This document shows, one piece after another, positions 25,973-40,290 of a stretch of DNA of 64,000 bases. The stretch spans positions 14,942,001 to 15,006,000 of the forward strand of contig JAQFVV010000006.1 in the NCBI GenBank assembly GCA_028023455.1, read 5' to 3'. The notes beneath the pieces were generated by a model, which had not been told where the DNA came from, made no database searches, and saw nothing but the letters and a program-made list of their open reading frames with translations. Origin of the DNA: Epiperipatus broadwayi (Eukaryota; Animalia; Onychophora). Each line of letters opens with the position of its first letter. The first letter of the stretch is position 1. The position numbers were made by a program, and so were the translations under genes.

Positions 25973-28900
25973 TGTACCGGTCGGTTTCGTCTGTTCATAT
26001 AACAAGATCTAGCATTTAGGCAAAAGTACCTCGAATCCAATCCTGTGCAAGATACATAAGTCAGGAACATTCATGAACTCTGCCCTATTTGCCTATTTTC
26101 CAGATCTACCCACTTATGAGCAACAATTCCAATGATACTGATCTAATTTATTCCTACCCCGCCGGCATCACAAAGTCGTGACACAAAAAGACTCTTATTC
26201 GAACTTGGTTCATGTCTAGGATATTATAATTAGCGATTTTCAATCATCTAGTAAGTGAAACCTTTTTATATTACATCAAAATTATTTCTATTCAATGAAA
26301 CAATGACTTAGATATTTAGAAAGATATAAAATTTATTAAATCAACTTGGAATATATCTGATTGCCAACGTTATTGGTATTACAATGTAAATAAAATGGGT
26401 GTTTATCTCCCTTGGACAACATTAACCTCCCTTACAATACTATACAATGAACATATTTAATCATCAATAACAAATCATTCATGGCTTTATTCTAGTGCGG
26501 CTATTTATATGTCAATAATTTATCGATTGACTGGGATACATAAGATTTTTAATAATAGCGCTAGACTACGGTACCCGAAGTTATTTGAATCCACCAGTAA
26601 TAAGAACAGCAGCATTCAGACCAATACGTAAGTTTATTCAGTTGGATGATAAGGGTAATTTTATTTAATTAATATTTGCGTTTTGCTATATAAGAACGTG
26701 TGTGGGAAGCTAATTTGGGAAATAATAATAATGGCAGAAGTGTCGTATCTGAAAGTGTGAATGAAATATATATAAAAAGTGGTAATCCATTTAGTATAAT
26801 CATAACAGTACGGTTTAGGAGAATTAATAGGCTTTTAACAAAAACGAAATATGGGAGAGCGGTACGTGTATGAGGGCAATGGAACGATTTATTCTAAGAT
26901 CTAAGAAGATGATTCAATTCACCGTTAATGAAATGCGACTCTCTGCAAACGTCAGCAGGGTCGGGTCATAAACAACTAAGAAGGCGCTTTATTGAATTGC
27001 CATAGGCTGGACTTTTGCCAGAGCGAACCCTATGCAATAATATCTCGCGCTGAAGAAATCCAAAGAGGTTTGCCAAACTTTGTCCTTGGGATTGGAAGTA
27101 AAAATGAATGAAGCACAAAGATATATATATCACGAAAGGCCGGTATACACGTAATGCTTGCATTAATATAAATATGTAGATATTTAGCTAAGGAATAAAT
27201 AATTATCGCCTATCTTTATTAATAAAAACCCCTCGTACTGGTATGATTTGATTACTACGTGGATGTGGAAGAATTACAGTTAATGCTAATATAATATAGC
27301 TCATAGAACTAAACGATCCCCCCCCCTTATGTATTATTTTAAACTACACGTAAACTTTCCACAACGTATAAATATAAATCTTTGGTTTTGAATGCTTGAA
27401 TAAATAAATACTTATTAAATAGATATATAGTCGGTGGTGGCTATTGATTTCAATAAAGTAGGATTAATTTTACTCATATAAATCTATTTGCAGATTTTAG
27501 AAGTTAGCGCTATTATTTAATCAACCAAATAAACACATTTCTAAGAAAATAGATTTTTACTTAGTTTTAGAAAATAACACTGTATAATAATTATCAAATT
27601 CTGATTTTATTTCCCCAGACTGGCAGGCACCCGCTATACTAGGAATAACAAATTTGTTTTTAGAAACTACTAGGTTAATTACCCTCTGAAAAGTAAGGAG
27701 GGTTTTCTTTTATTAAAAGAGATAGCGTAAGCATTTGCGATTCTGGGGGAAAATTATCAACATATAATTTCGTATCTGAAAGTATAAAACATAATAATGA
27801 GAATAAAATATTGCCGCATAGATGTGACATTAAGAACTAATAATTATTCAGGCGAGATTTAATGTCGGAGAGATTACAGCTAAGTTATATAGAGAGAGAA
27901 CAAGGTACAATTAACAAAAAGGTAAGAACTTTACAAATTAATTCATAACTAATATTAAATTTTACAAATGAAAGATTTACAAAATGTTTAAAGAAATAGA
28001 TAGGTGAAAGTTAAAATTATTCATGGTAACTTTAAGAGTCTAGCAGCATTTGAAATGATTACCTCTGTAAAACATGGCGGTTCTTTTGATGATTTCAATT
28101 CCCGCGGAGACTAGATCTAGTTTATCAAACATAGTTACTCAGGCAGGTAGTAATTTTATGATTTAACGAACAGGCATATCAGTATAGTCTATGAGTATTG
28201 GGATCCATGGGCACAGATTGCAGGGAAGGCCATCTCGAATGGCGAGAAAGGCGATTTAGATTTACTCAGTACACATTGAAATTAACGAACGCAAATTTTT
28301 TTGGTGACTGCTCTCCTCGACTGTCCTAGTTACTCTCTCAATTAATTCGTAATTAATTCCATGCCTCGGTATTTTTGGAATCCCTTTCTGATTGGTCATT
28401 GCAATCTAATTTCCAAAAGAATTCGTATACAAGCTTTTACCTATTGTGATGGAAGATGCCATTGTTAGATAAGTATTCAAACTTTAATTAATTTTGATAA
28501 AAGAAAATGTTTGTAACAAAAGTAAATCAATTAAGTTTAGTTTCTACTTTTGATTTTAGAGAAACTTTTAATTAAAGTTATGTTAGAATATTATACAAGA
28601 TTACGCTTCTCACCTTTAATTAATTTTGACTAATTACAATTGCATCTTCCATATTGGATTTAAAAGAAAAGTGGAGTTTAATGGCAAAAATAATTTAAAA
28701 ACACAATTTTATAAAATTACATATCACGAACTTTTCCACTAAATATTGGCTCAGTACTTTTGTCTCTACAATATCTATAGATATCTGAGCTGCAATTAAC
28801 AAACAATTACTATAACTTTTATAAAATAAATAAATACAGAAATTATAATATATTTTGATATTATAAGTCCGTGATAATTAATCCCCCATTCCCTATTGCG

Positions 28901-29256
28901 TATACGAATTTTCAGATGCTACATTTATTAATTTTATTTTGCATGTTTAAATTCAGATATTTATGCCAATATCTTCGTTAATACATATGTTAGTTAATAA
29001 TACTCAAACAAAAAGATACAAACAAATGTGTTAGTGAGTGGAATATATATGCAAGAATAGGGTTTGAATTTAGGTTGGTAGCGGAAGATTGGAAGTGGGC
29101 TGTGAAGTGCAATCTGAATCTCAGATTCCGCTTCAATATATATATAAATAAGTCTGATATAATTTATTTATTCATAGATTGATTAATAAATCAATTTGGA
29201 CATTTCATTCTTCTATAATCCCAGAGAACGAATGAAAATATTTAAGTTTAATCACA
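25973..29256 (-). mobile_element. Long solo-LTR-like element E1 (right end at 28770 or 29256)
   Basis: Starts ATAT|TGTACCGGTCGGTTTCGTCT. CpG retained relative to the flanks. Candidate CA ends at 28770 (followed by ATAT) and 29256. TATA-rich block at ~29136-29146. No gag/pol ORF. Confidence 0.55.
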
Positions 29257-29499
29257 ATGCAGTGCAAAATGAGTTAAAGAAGAAGAGATAGGTGTAAGTT
29301 TAAGATAACACTGCTAGAAAGTACTTCTTAGTGCTAATTTTATTGGAGTCATGATAAAAAAATATTCTTTTTGAAGGTTGCTTTCAACAGTATGTGCTGA
29401 TTGTAATCAGAAATATAACAGACACACTTCCAAAGTTCAATTTTTCAATGGTAACAATCAATTCTTAAGTATCAACAATCTCATCCTGTAGTCAAGGCA

Positions 29500-29990
29500 A
29501 ACTCCAATAACAATAAAGGTGGTCCAACCTTTATATATGGTCTGATATAATTATATAGACCCTAAAGATTACAAATTGGCCAAGGAGTGTGAGATTAATA
29601 ATGCAAAGAAATTTAAACAAATCTCATTAATCAGACAAATATAACCTGTTCTGAAAGCAAACTAATAGTCATTTATAACTTCCAAATTCCATATGAGGTA
29701 TATATTTACTAAGACAATAAAGCCAATTATTCAAGGCTTTAATGGTCCCATGCCATATCTCATAGTTGCTACCCCAAAGACATTAATGATGATAAAACCA
29801 GTCACTTTTTGCCTTTGCTGCTATCTTGATAGAAGTTTGTTTCTATTCCACAAAAGTTGTTTTAACTTGTTGAAGTGAAGCAATATATCTCTCAAAGAAT
29901 TCAAAGAGAACCAAAGATAGAGATATAATTTCAAGTATGGCTAAAAAGAAACCATAGAATAGCATAAACTGATATTAAGTGACTACCATG
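29500..29990 (+). pseudogene. Highly decayed LINE RT fragment
   Basis: NNAKKFKQISLIRQ resembles the RTE-type AKEC.NYRTISLISH motif. Confidence 0.4.
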
Positions 29991-30246
29991 CAGAAGATAA
30001 ATTATATTTTTGGCATGGTACCTGATCAAGAAGTTTACTAATTGTTAAATCTGCAAGATATTAATAATTTTTATTAGTCAATGATCCACTTATTAAATAA
30101 TATTTTTGTAGTGTAATTTTCACTACACCAATCTCACTTAATGTAAGGACTGGTTTCTATCCACTTTTAACATTTTATGTGTATGTGTGTGTGTGTGTGG
30201 GGGGGGGTGTAAACATGACCAAAGACATGAAAAAGTTGTATGATCC

Positions 30247-30288
30247 CCAAAATGTGCATTTCATGCTGAACCAGCACTCATCAGTTGG
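30247..30288 (-). ncRNA. Minimal type I hammerhead motif (family B variant)
   Basis: CCAA CTGATGA GTGCTG-gtt-CAGCAT GAA ATGCACAT T / TTGG. Confidence 0.75.
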
Positions 30289-30510
30289 CCCAGATCGCAA
30301 TCTCTTACACATATCTTTATCATTGTTCAGTATATATAGTGAAGCAGTCGGATCTAAGTTCGATCCTAGCTTCATAATATCTCACATGTTGCCTTCTTCA
30401 AACCCTAGTACTAACCATGAATTTCTGATGCAATGGGGCTAGTTTGACATTTAAACTAATCAGTGTCATTAATAAATTCATGATAAAATTATTCATGAAT
30501 TTATATATAT

Positions 30511-33074
30511 TATAACTGCGTGGATTGTGCGTATATATTTATATATATTTAAATATATATATTCGTTATAAAGTTTCATTGCATCGGGAATGCTTTATTT
30601 TACTTTTAAACAGTTTGTTCAAATTTTAGTGATTAAAAGCTACATTCTTTCGATAAGCTTTCAGATTGTCCTTTTCCAAAGACAATGGGGAAAGTTTTAT
30701 TAATTAGCAAAAAGATAATAATTTAAAATGTAAGGACGGTTCCTGATTAAACTGGTTTTTTAGTTTTATAAATTCATTTTCTAATTAGAAAATGAATTCA
30801 AAGTTAATGAATTTGAAAGCCTTATCGAAGGAATGTATCTAAAATCAATTAGCAAAATTTGTAATTTTGATCATCAAGAAGCATTAGCCTGAAGGCATCT
30901 AGAATAGGCAGGAAACCTGAGGACAGTATAAATAGCCTGGAAAAGTTTGGAGAAGCCACATTTGTTTTAACAGAAGTGCTACTAGAATCTACGGTGTCTT
31001 TAAATTATGAATTTCAATAGTGTCTCCATAATGGTGAGGGGCTAAACTTCGGGAGTCTGACTACTGGGCCTGAAGTCCCCAGATCTTCAATGTGGCTGCT
31101 AAACTAAACCTTTTCCAGACCAATCGTGCTGCCCAAAAATCATGAAAGAATCAATCAACATGTCGTTCAAATAATTTATAAAATGCATGCCTACGTTTCA
31201 CCCAACTGGACTCTGCCATGTGTAATCTAAGGAACCAACCACGGAAGGAATGGTAACATGTTTCTTTAATGAACCGTAACTTTCTGGCCAGTTTCCGAAC
31301 TTTAATTTACACTACCTTTAAATTAAATACTGTTAAAAGCTTTTCTCATTTCTTAATGTATTAATGCTATTTTAAATTATATAGTAATTCTCAATCTATT
31401 TCTAGTCTTTAAATTTAATATTTGCTAACCTTCTTTTCTTATGATGGTGGTTCGTTTATCTAACCTTACTATATATATTAAATAATCATTAATGTCATTT
31501 ATTTCTATTATATGCCAATAATCCTTCGACTTGATGATCTCCTTTGTTTCATTTGCCTTATACAAGTAATATGATATTAAGTCTTATATTAATTCTCGCC
31601 CATTAGAACTAGATTAATACCGTTCTATTAATCGTCGAGTCGAAAGAATTTATTAAATGTTTACTATTTTACTAACAGCTGATATTTACGATTAGCTATT
31701 TCTAACCTATGCCCCCGCTATTTTCTTAAGTTTCACCAATATTTATTTATTCATATATAATGTTAAAATGTTTTGCAAAAAGGTCATTAAAGGAATTAAA
31801 TGAATATACTCTAATTTAAATTTTATACTTCCTATTAATATTCGGGGAGGGCATGATGTTTATAGCATAATTAATATAATTATATAATTACGTTAAATAT
31901 TTTAGTTAAAAGATCGTTTGACTTTAATTCCATGATCAGGTCATCACGTAGAGCATTCTTTTTATAAAATGGGTTTTATTAATACACTTGATGATTATCG
32001 AGTCATCATTTTTGAACGTTGCTGGCACGAGCCATCTCCTGCCTCGTGGGCTTGTCCTCGGTGATATTATTATTATTATTTTAATTCCATAGGAAGAAAG
32101 CACTTCCTCACTTGCTCGTTTTTATATTTGGAACACCAGAGGTTCAAGGCTACGACCCAACCTGGATTACCCTGTGTTCCACGTCTTTTTGATAGGGCAT
32201 AAAGACTTGTAAAACACAAGCCGCCCTCCTACTTAAGTCACCGACAAGCCATTCTCTTTCATATTCATTTTTATAGCTCATAAGTCGTCAGCACCGTTAA
32301 TTCTCAGTTCAAATAATGCACCGCTCTCATGCTCGTAAATCGTGATGAATTGATTTTATTAAAGTCGAACAAATTCTTATTCATTTCTAATTAAATAAGT
32401 TTCATGTTAAATAGTAAAGTTATGCCCTAAATACTTATCTTGCTCTTCATGAATTGATTTACGAATGTGAAAATAAATCTCACATTCTTTTCTTTAGAAT
32501 TAGAATAATAATTCCAGTCAAAACCAAATACCTTTATCTACCCTTTATTTTCTTGTCGGGGGCATAGACATATATAATCATCCTATAATATTGTGTAATA
32601 GTTATTGGCATATAATAAGGACTTTCATTCTTATTGTAAATGATAAATTCCGTTTAAAGACTAGAGGTAATCTATATAATCATAATCTAAAAGTTGAACA
32701 AAATTATTATTATTATTATTAAACATTTTATTAACACATTTGGTTTTTTAACTCGCGTTTTTATTCAATAGTTATTTTAATATTAATGCTTTCTGTCTGT
32801 ATTGACAACCCGAACATATACATATATGAGTTGACTTAGAAATATCCTTAGTTATTTTATTATACATTATTAGTGTCAGTTCTTCAGGGGTCTCAAATCA
32901 TCATCATCCGTTGAGCTAGTTTCTTGGTGCATAGTCATGTACCGTCGATTTATGTCATCCATTGATTTGATCTGAGCTTGTGAGTTGGGTTTGAATTCAG
33001 TTTGGTTCGGCTGAGTTTGAATCCGACTTTGAGTTTTGGTCTTATTATGGTGGTGGGGTTATTTGACTGGTACA
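30511..33074 (+). mobile_element. Long solo-LTR-like element E2
   Basis: ATAT|TATAAC...GACTGGTACA|ATAG. The right end reverse-complements to TGTACCAGTC, like the E1 and E3 termini. TATAAA at 30927. CpG retained. Confidence 0.55.
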
Positions 33075-34229
33075 ATAGATAGCCAATTACAACAGTTTAA
33101 TTGATGAGTGTCAAACTTACCACCCTCACAACTTTGACACAAACCATTTGATGGAAATATATTAATAATTTTTATTAATCATCCATTAGACTAGATATTA
33201 TCCCCTTAATGAATAATATTTCTGTAATACAATTTTCACTACACCACTCATACAAGGTAAAGACTGATTTCTATCTGCTTTGGCATGATTACATCCCTCT
33301 ACAAGATGTTAACTGCAGCAAGATTGTTTTTGATTTTAATAACATGTAAATGAACTTAGACCTAAAGCAATTTTTTTTCTTATTTGTAAATTTTATTATT
33401 ATTATTATTCATTTTATTTTTATTTAGATTTATTATAGTTTTTGTTTAAATTTTTCGTTGTTTTTCACTGTGATTCAAAAGCTGTAGTTGTGTTCTAATG
33501 CAGTGTTCCTTTGAATTATTGTAAAATGTTCATATATAATTGACAGTCAATTTAATGTATAAAGGATTGTGTGTATCAATAAGAAATGGCAAGTTAATTG
33601 GTTAGTGAAGGTTGGACAAGACGGCTTCTTATAAATTAAGTTTATTTCCCCTCTCTCTTTAGTAATAGCTTTCTGATATAATCCGTTCAAGAATGATTTA
33701 TATTGTGTGTATATTAATGGTGATTTCAGCTTATTTAGTCTGCATATAGTTTAAAACTATGTCAAAAAACTAAGTATATAACAACAGAACTAAAAGATAG
33801 ATTAATATCCTTCTATTATTTTATAATTGTTGACGTTACATAACTCAATAGGAGATAGTTGCTTCCATTTCTATTGCATATAACTATAGACAATTTTTAA
33901 TTAAATCATTTTAATAAATTATTCATTTTTATTATTTAACTTTACTATCGGTAAATTACTTTCATATGGTTGGTCTTTAAGCTTGGTGCTTTAGCAATTA
34001 TCTGATCAATCCAGATTAATTCTGTCTAATAAATATTTGGATAGCCAATTATTGATCAGTACTATTTTGATTATTTTATTTGGTTATATGCCAGATACTT
34101 AATGAAAATCTTTAAATGCGCTTGTGAGTAAAAGAAAAAAAATTCTAAGTTTCATCCATCACAAAAGTGGCAGAGTAACATGCTGACCACTAATCTTAAA
34201 ATCCATCCAAAGTCCTTTGTGAATACACA

Positions 34230-34440
34230 GTTGTTGTCATTATCCCAGTAGTTTGTTTTTCTTGTTTTAAAAAGGAATCAATTTGTCAACTCTTTTTTGC
34301 TTTTTGAATGAAATTGCAATTATTGTTCGCATCAATTCTTGTAATGAAATACTTTGTTTCAATTTGCCTAAATATTGATTCTTTGTTAGGTCTATTAATA
34401 TGTCTATACTAGAAATCAACGCTATCAAAAATATGTAATT
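34230..34440 (-). pseudogene. Decayed PLE RT fragment
   Basis: VDKLIPF...TTTVYSQ resembles the PLE LPFLD...TTVYRK motif. Confidence 0.35.
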
Positions 34441-34484
34441 AACCCATACATTCAGTGTACTGAATGTTTACTATAGTAAGTAGA

Positions 34485-34760
34485 GGGATTTGAACTTAGA
34501 ATTTTTGTCTACATTCATTCTCCACACCAGCTCAAACAACCGATACACATGACCACGCACATGTGAAAAAAGATAAATGATCCCCTATATAGTATTTCAT
34601 ACAGAACCAGCACTCATCAGTTGGGCCAGATCATAATCTCTACAATCAGTGCTTGGTTTACATTAAGATAATAATTTCTTAAACTTTAATGGACAGGCTT
34701 CAATCTTCTCATCCATCTAACAATTCAACCGTCCATTTCATTGAAAAACCAACGATGACT
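34485..34760 (-). mobile_element. Family B repeat with degenerate HHR and clear B-box
   Basis: CTGATGA GTGCTGGTTC at ~34604-34620 and AAGTTCAAATCCC at 34485-34497, both on minus. Confidence 0.75.
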
Positions 34761-35999
34761 TAATAAGTTATCTTAATAAATTCTAATACTTTATATATAT
34801 AAAAGATTCATCATAACGTGAAAATCATTTTAGCTGTTTATATTTTTATTGATTTTTGATTGCTCAAACTGATATATCTTTTATTCGAGTCCCTTTAGCT
34901 GAGTAATGCTTTCTTTCCCTTTCAACTTTTATATTTATGGTGTAATTACTCTTGCTTTTTTAAAAATGGAAAATTCTGAAACGAGTCGCTTAAATTTCAT
35001 TTTGTAATATTTAAATAGAGGTCATGAGTTATGCAAGGGTTATAGCTTGAAGGCTTTAGAGAGGTAATGAGGATACAATTTCAGATTTTATCACCAAATT
35101 TATGATTGAAGAATTATTTTTCAAGCAAGATTTTTGTACGGATTAAAATACACGCTCGCACAAAATTATTGATTGAAGCCATATTGATTTAGTTCAGTGT
35201 GCTTAGCCAAAATCTTTTTTTTTTTTAAAATAAATAAATAAAAAAAATTTCAATATTATAATTTGTTTTTAGCGATTTTTTTCAAATCTTCAGTTGTATC
35301 ATTCTAAAACATAATTTAAAGAATTAAACTATGGATTTTCCATCTTTGCGTATATGGTGCTTTTTACTCTTGAGAAAAGGAATATCATCATAATTTAATT
35401 ATCTTCTGTTCAAAATGATCTGGAATAATTAATCTCCTGACAGCAATATCTTGATATCTGCATTGACATTTCCTTCAGTGGAATGAAACTGATCTGGGGC
35501 TTAGAATAGCTGGAAGATCCACTTTTGCTCTTGTTTGGTGACTAATGGTGTTGACTTTTGTCAGCTTCTTGAAAATTTTTCCAACTTCACCCTATATTTG
35601 ATCTCCAGATTTTTATCATGGAAGCTACCATACTAACTGCTGCTTCGCATTGCACTTTAACACAGCAATATCATTACCATATTAAATGGCATATCTTGTA
35701 AACCAAATCAGATTACCTTTTTGTGTTTGCTACTCTGCTTTTTCAAATATTGTGACTGTTTTGCTCTTAAAGATCATCAGTCACTTTTTTTATATTCTTA
35801 TCTAGTTTCATGTTCCATATACTTTTGTTTTCTGCATGTCTTTTATAATATTATTGCCTCTAAGTGTATTCTGTGTTCTCGAATTAATTTCTACTTTCGT
35901 AATTTCCCTTTTTATTTACACTTTTGAAAACATCAATTCTAATTATATTCTTCCATCTTGCATCTTTCTATCTTATATCAGCCAATGATGAATGATAGG

Positions 36000-36400
36000 A
36001 TTTTTATATTGGCTTATGGGATGATTTGGTCTTTATTGAGAAAAGATAAGGAAGAGATTGGAAATCTATTGCCTCTTTGGAAAATAATGGCTTGCAGTTA
36101 GTAATGGATAAATCAAAATCTTTCTTGATTATTTGTAAATTGCAAATTACCATAAATTTTGCAGTTTTCTGTCTGGTACATTTGAAGGAGTCAGCGAATT
36201 AAATCCCTAAGGACTATCACATGATCACCATTTTTTATGCTTGCTTATAACTAAGGACTATATGTACAAATGGTATGAAAGCTGATATTGATATCAGAAT
36301 TCAATTAAAAATTGGACTAATTACACTAAGAGTTATAGAAAGGAAAATAGTTTGCAGGAAGTCCAACATACATAATTATAACTTTAAGGAGAGTTGATAT
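36000..36400 (+). pseudogene. Decayed RTE-type RT fragment
   Basis: DDLVFI...WKSIASLENNGLQLVMDKSK and DIDIRI match the RT DD motif and the GL.IN..KTK region. Confidence 0.6.
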
Positions 36401-36408
36401 TATTATAT

Positions 36409-38610
36409 TGTAATGGTCAGATTCGTCTATCTCACTAACACACTGCAGAATTCAAACCCCAAACATGAAACTGAACACTCTAGGCGGGGTTGCCTTCTAG
36501 ATATACTAAGTTCAAATCTAAAGTCCAAATTCCACAGCACCACCTATGTGATAACGCATCTGATGCTACTAATAATATATCCCTTTACCGGTGCCTGGTG
36601 GTCAGGGAGAAACAAAGAGACTCTATACCACGAGATAAGTTTGGGTTGCTAATTAACATCTACAGATAGTACAAAAGAAATGTATAAAATAGATATATAG
36701 ACCGAGACAGTGATAGGGATCAATAAAATAAAGATCAAAATTAGTTTTATAAGATTTAAAAGATTTATTCACATAGTAAGAAATATATATATAACACCCA
36801 CTGTCTGCTTATATTAGACAGGGACTCTTACTAAAATGGCTGTTAGCACAACATTCCATAAAAATTACATTAAAAGGTTGTTAAATACATAGTCTATACC
36901 TCGGGCTAATATAGTATTATGATAATGTGCTTAAAAGAGATGGGAAGATGTGCAAGGCGCTTTGAGTAAATTATAAAAAGTTTAATAAAGCATTTGCACA
37001 TTAAGGTTTAATATAATATTTCTTGACTTTGAGAATAGCACGGACCAATGCTTATTAAGCGATGAAGTGGGGACATGATCAAGGCATTTATTTTATAATT
37101 ATAATTAAGTTATATTGGGAGGTTGGTGTTTCTAATAAGGAATTTATGTATAGGATGGAGGGTGTGATACGTTTAAATCATGGATGGTTTGTAAAATATA
37201 AATAAGCAAAATTATAATGAATATGTGAAACGACTATGGAGGGCATCTCGCTGTTGAACCATAGGAATGTGTTGTCATGGACAGCCGAAGTCTGGACTCA
37301 TCCAAAACTTAATGACTGGGTGACGGCTGCATCTAATTCCCAGGTGTGACATTTGAGTACACACTCTGCCTGGGAACTGCAGACAGTGAAAGGGAAAATG
37401 GTCTTGGCCATTTAAAGCCCTTGAAGAGAAACAAAGCGGTCTCAACAACCAATACGCTTACCAGCAACACTCGACTAACGTATATAAAGTATGCAAAAGG
37501 GATTTACTTAGATTGAGAAAATGCCTAATCAATTCCCCAATAATTATTTAAAGAGAGTCCACCCATTCTTGACCTCAAATTACCAGCTTGAAATTAAAGC
37601 AAAATATTTTAAAACTGAAAAATGCATGCTTGCGGATTTGAAAAGAAAGCCTAGATTTATTTATGCAATCATGCATTTATGACACATTTAATAATTGACC
37701 TCGCACATACTCTCATATTAGGTTAAAATCGATAAAATGTGGATTTTAAACTATAAAATTATTATACATATTGACTAAGATTAGAATAGCCCTTGAATGA
37801 GTGATTCATGAGATAATAAAATGGGAACTATTTATAATTTTAAAATGCCTTAATATCAGCATCTTGCTTTCAACAAAGGGAATTATTCACTCGGTCAAAG
37901 ACTACTCTGGCACACTATCATAATAAAATAAAAGAAAGATTAATAAATGTAAAATATTAACCCAAGGATAGAGAGCAAAATTACTGATTACATTAGAACA
38001 TTTTAAAGGAAAACAATGATAAAGTAAAGTAAAATGGAAAACAATTTAAATAGCTATAGCGTATTAATTATAGGAGAGAATCACAAGAGCTCTTGGGTTA
38101 ATGTTGGGGTTACCTCTGCAGAAGCATTTGCAGGTAGGTTGATTGTCAGCAGGTTCCATATGACTCAGCAGCAAACTCTGGGTATTGTTCATATTTTGGC
38201 AGCAGCAGCAGTTTCAGGGTTTCCTATGTGGCAGCATTAGATGGTATAGAGCAGTGGCTGGCCATTTCCGAGGGGGAAATAGCCTTCTTGCCGGCTCTCC
38301 TCCATCATTTTAAAGCTAACAATTTTAAAGGTTGGGTGATTCATAAATATTTCAAGTGAGATTGTAGAACACGGTAAAATTTATTTGAAGATGAAACTCG
38401 GCTTCAAATACTTGAATTTGCAGGCACGTAGCTATTTGAGTCTGAAAGTCTCAGATAGTTCAGCAACAATTATTTTAGAAAGCTCAGCAATAAAAAAATA
38501 CCTCAAAGAATAATGCTAGAAATCTTGCTAGAATGCTAGAATGAAGAACAAAAGAAAAAACCTCCTATATATAGTGAAATTACACAATAAAACTGCCCTG
38601 GAGCATTACA
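36409..38610 (-). mobile_element. Long solo-LTR-like element E3
   Basis: ATAT|TGTAATGGTC...GAGCATTACA. Termini are inverted repeats (TGTAATG). TATATATA at 38566-38573 near one end. No gag/pol ORF. Confidence 0.6.
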
Positions 38611-39940
38611 AAAATATTCCAAAATTTGCCCACTTATCAGCTATAATCAATCCTATCCGAATGTCTAAAGGAATTCAACAAAATTTTAATTAATTTCTAT
38701 TGTTAATTTCCCTGTCAACATTCGAATTACAACTTTGATTTAATTAAACAAACTTTTGCTAATTGAAAGAAATAACCTTAAGTGGACATCTGCTGCATTT
38801 CTAGATAAGCTCCTATAACATTAAATAATTAAAACTATTGTTCCTACCAGCCCTCATTTATTTTAAACAGAAAATATATGGTGTGATTTTTAAATTTAAA
38901 AGAAAATTATTTTACTTTTAATTTTCAATATTTGAATCTATTTACGAAACGAATATAAATTTTATTTTAAATCAAAAACAAATATTACGACTGTAATATA
39001 TTTTTGTAATCAGATTCAAACAAAATAATTTTAAATAACAATTTATTATTTTAACATAAGTTTTAAAATAAATATCACAGTGTGTGCTCAATTACGACCT
39101 ATATAATCTACTTTTTAAATAAATCTAAATTATATGAACATACACATAATTTATAACATTTTATTTATTGGGCATATAAGCGCATTGCAGACACCCTATG
39201 ATACATTGGGGTTTAAACTAAGGTATGAGAGTAGGAAAGAGGTGAGAAAAGGTGAAATGAAGATCTGCTCCTACTGTTTCAATATATACATAAAATTGAA
39301 CAATATCTTAGAAAGGATGAGCAGAAATTCAAGATATTTGAAGGGACAATATTGTGTAAAATTTTTGATGGTGTGAAAAATAATGTTGATGAAAACTAAA
39401 AGATTTTCAAAAATGCACATATTTATGATATGTATAATAAACTTGATATTGTAGCCAAAGGAAGACTTTCCTGTGGGCCAAAGATCAATAGGATATCCAA
39501 AATTGTGATTTTGTCATGGCATAAAAATGTAAAGGTCATGGGAGTTCACAAATGGAAAAATGCTTGTATGAACAGAAACACATAGATATTGGAAATCAGC
39601 AGTAAATAGCATACATGGTGTACGATTATTTAATAATAATCTTATCCATTCTTTTCAAAATTCATATCTTTTTAATCTTTTTCATATTTCAGCTTCATTT
39701 AATTACATTCAAACAAAATGTTTAATATTCTTCTTTTTTTCCCTCAAAGCAACTTTATTAAGTCACTAAAGTATGATCCACCTGTGCAGGGACCATATTC
39801 TGTCACCTGAAGCAGTGGGCCATAGAGGCTACAATGTTACATTGATATTCTGAAACTGGATGGTGGCTCAAAGTTTAGTGGATTAATGAATAACCTCCCA
39901 TTCTTACAAATACCTGGTTTAATCAATTTGATTGTCTTAA

Positions 39941-40204
39941 TTAATTCTTTGTGACTACCAACCAAAACCAAGCATTTAAAACATAAACCTGTTTTCCTGC
40001 CCAATGCTTTCTATTCATTTTCTTGCTAATTATTTTCAGAACTTTTGTTTTATTTGTGTTTATTTTCATCCCAAACTTTCTATAATCTCCATCAATCCTA
40101 AGTAAGATTTTATTTAGCATTGTCCTTTCTATCGCCAATTCTAATATCATGAACATTCCAACTCCTAATAATAATTCTATCCTTATCAGAATAACTGATT
40201 TCAT
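39941..40204 (-). pseudogene. RTE-type RT fragment
   Basis: MLNKILLRIDGDYRKFGMKINTNKTKVL matches the post-FADD region of the RT. Confidence 0.65.
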
Positions 40205-40290
40205 AACTCAGCAAAATATTTATTAAATAAAATAGAGCAATGTCTTTTCATATTTTTATCTTTTTCATAAAAAGCCATTTAAATTGTTAA

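Noticed and set aside
25973-29256. Compositionally distinct block considered as an endogenous viral element
   Set aside because: No long ORF or viral motif in the track or in the segments I translated. The termini fit an LTR-like element better.
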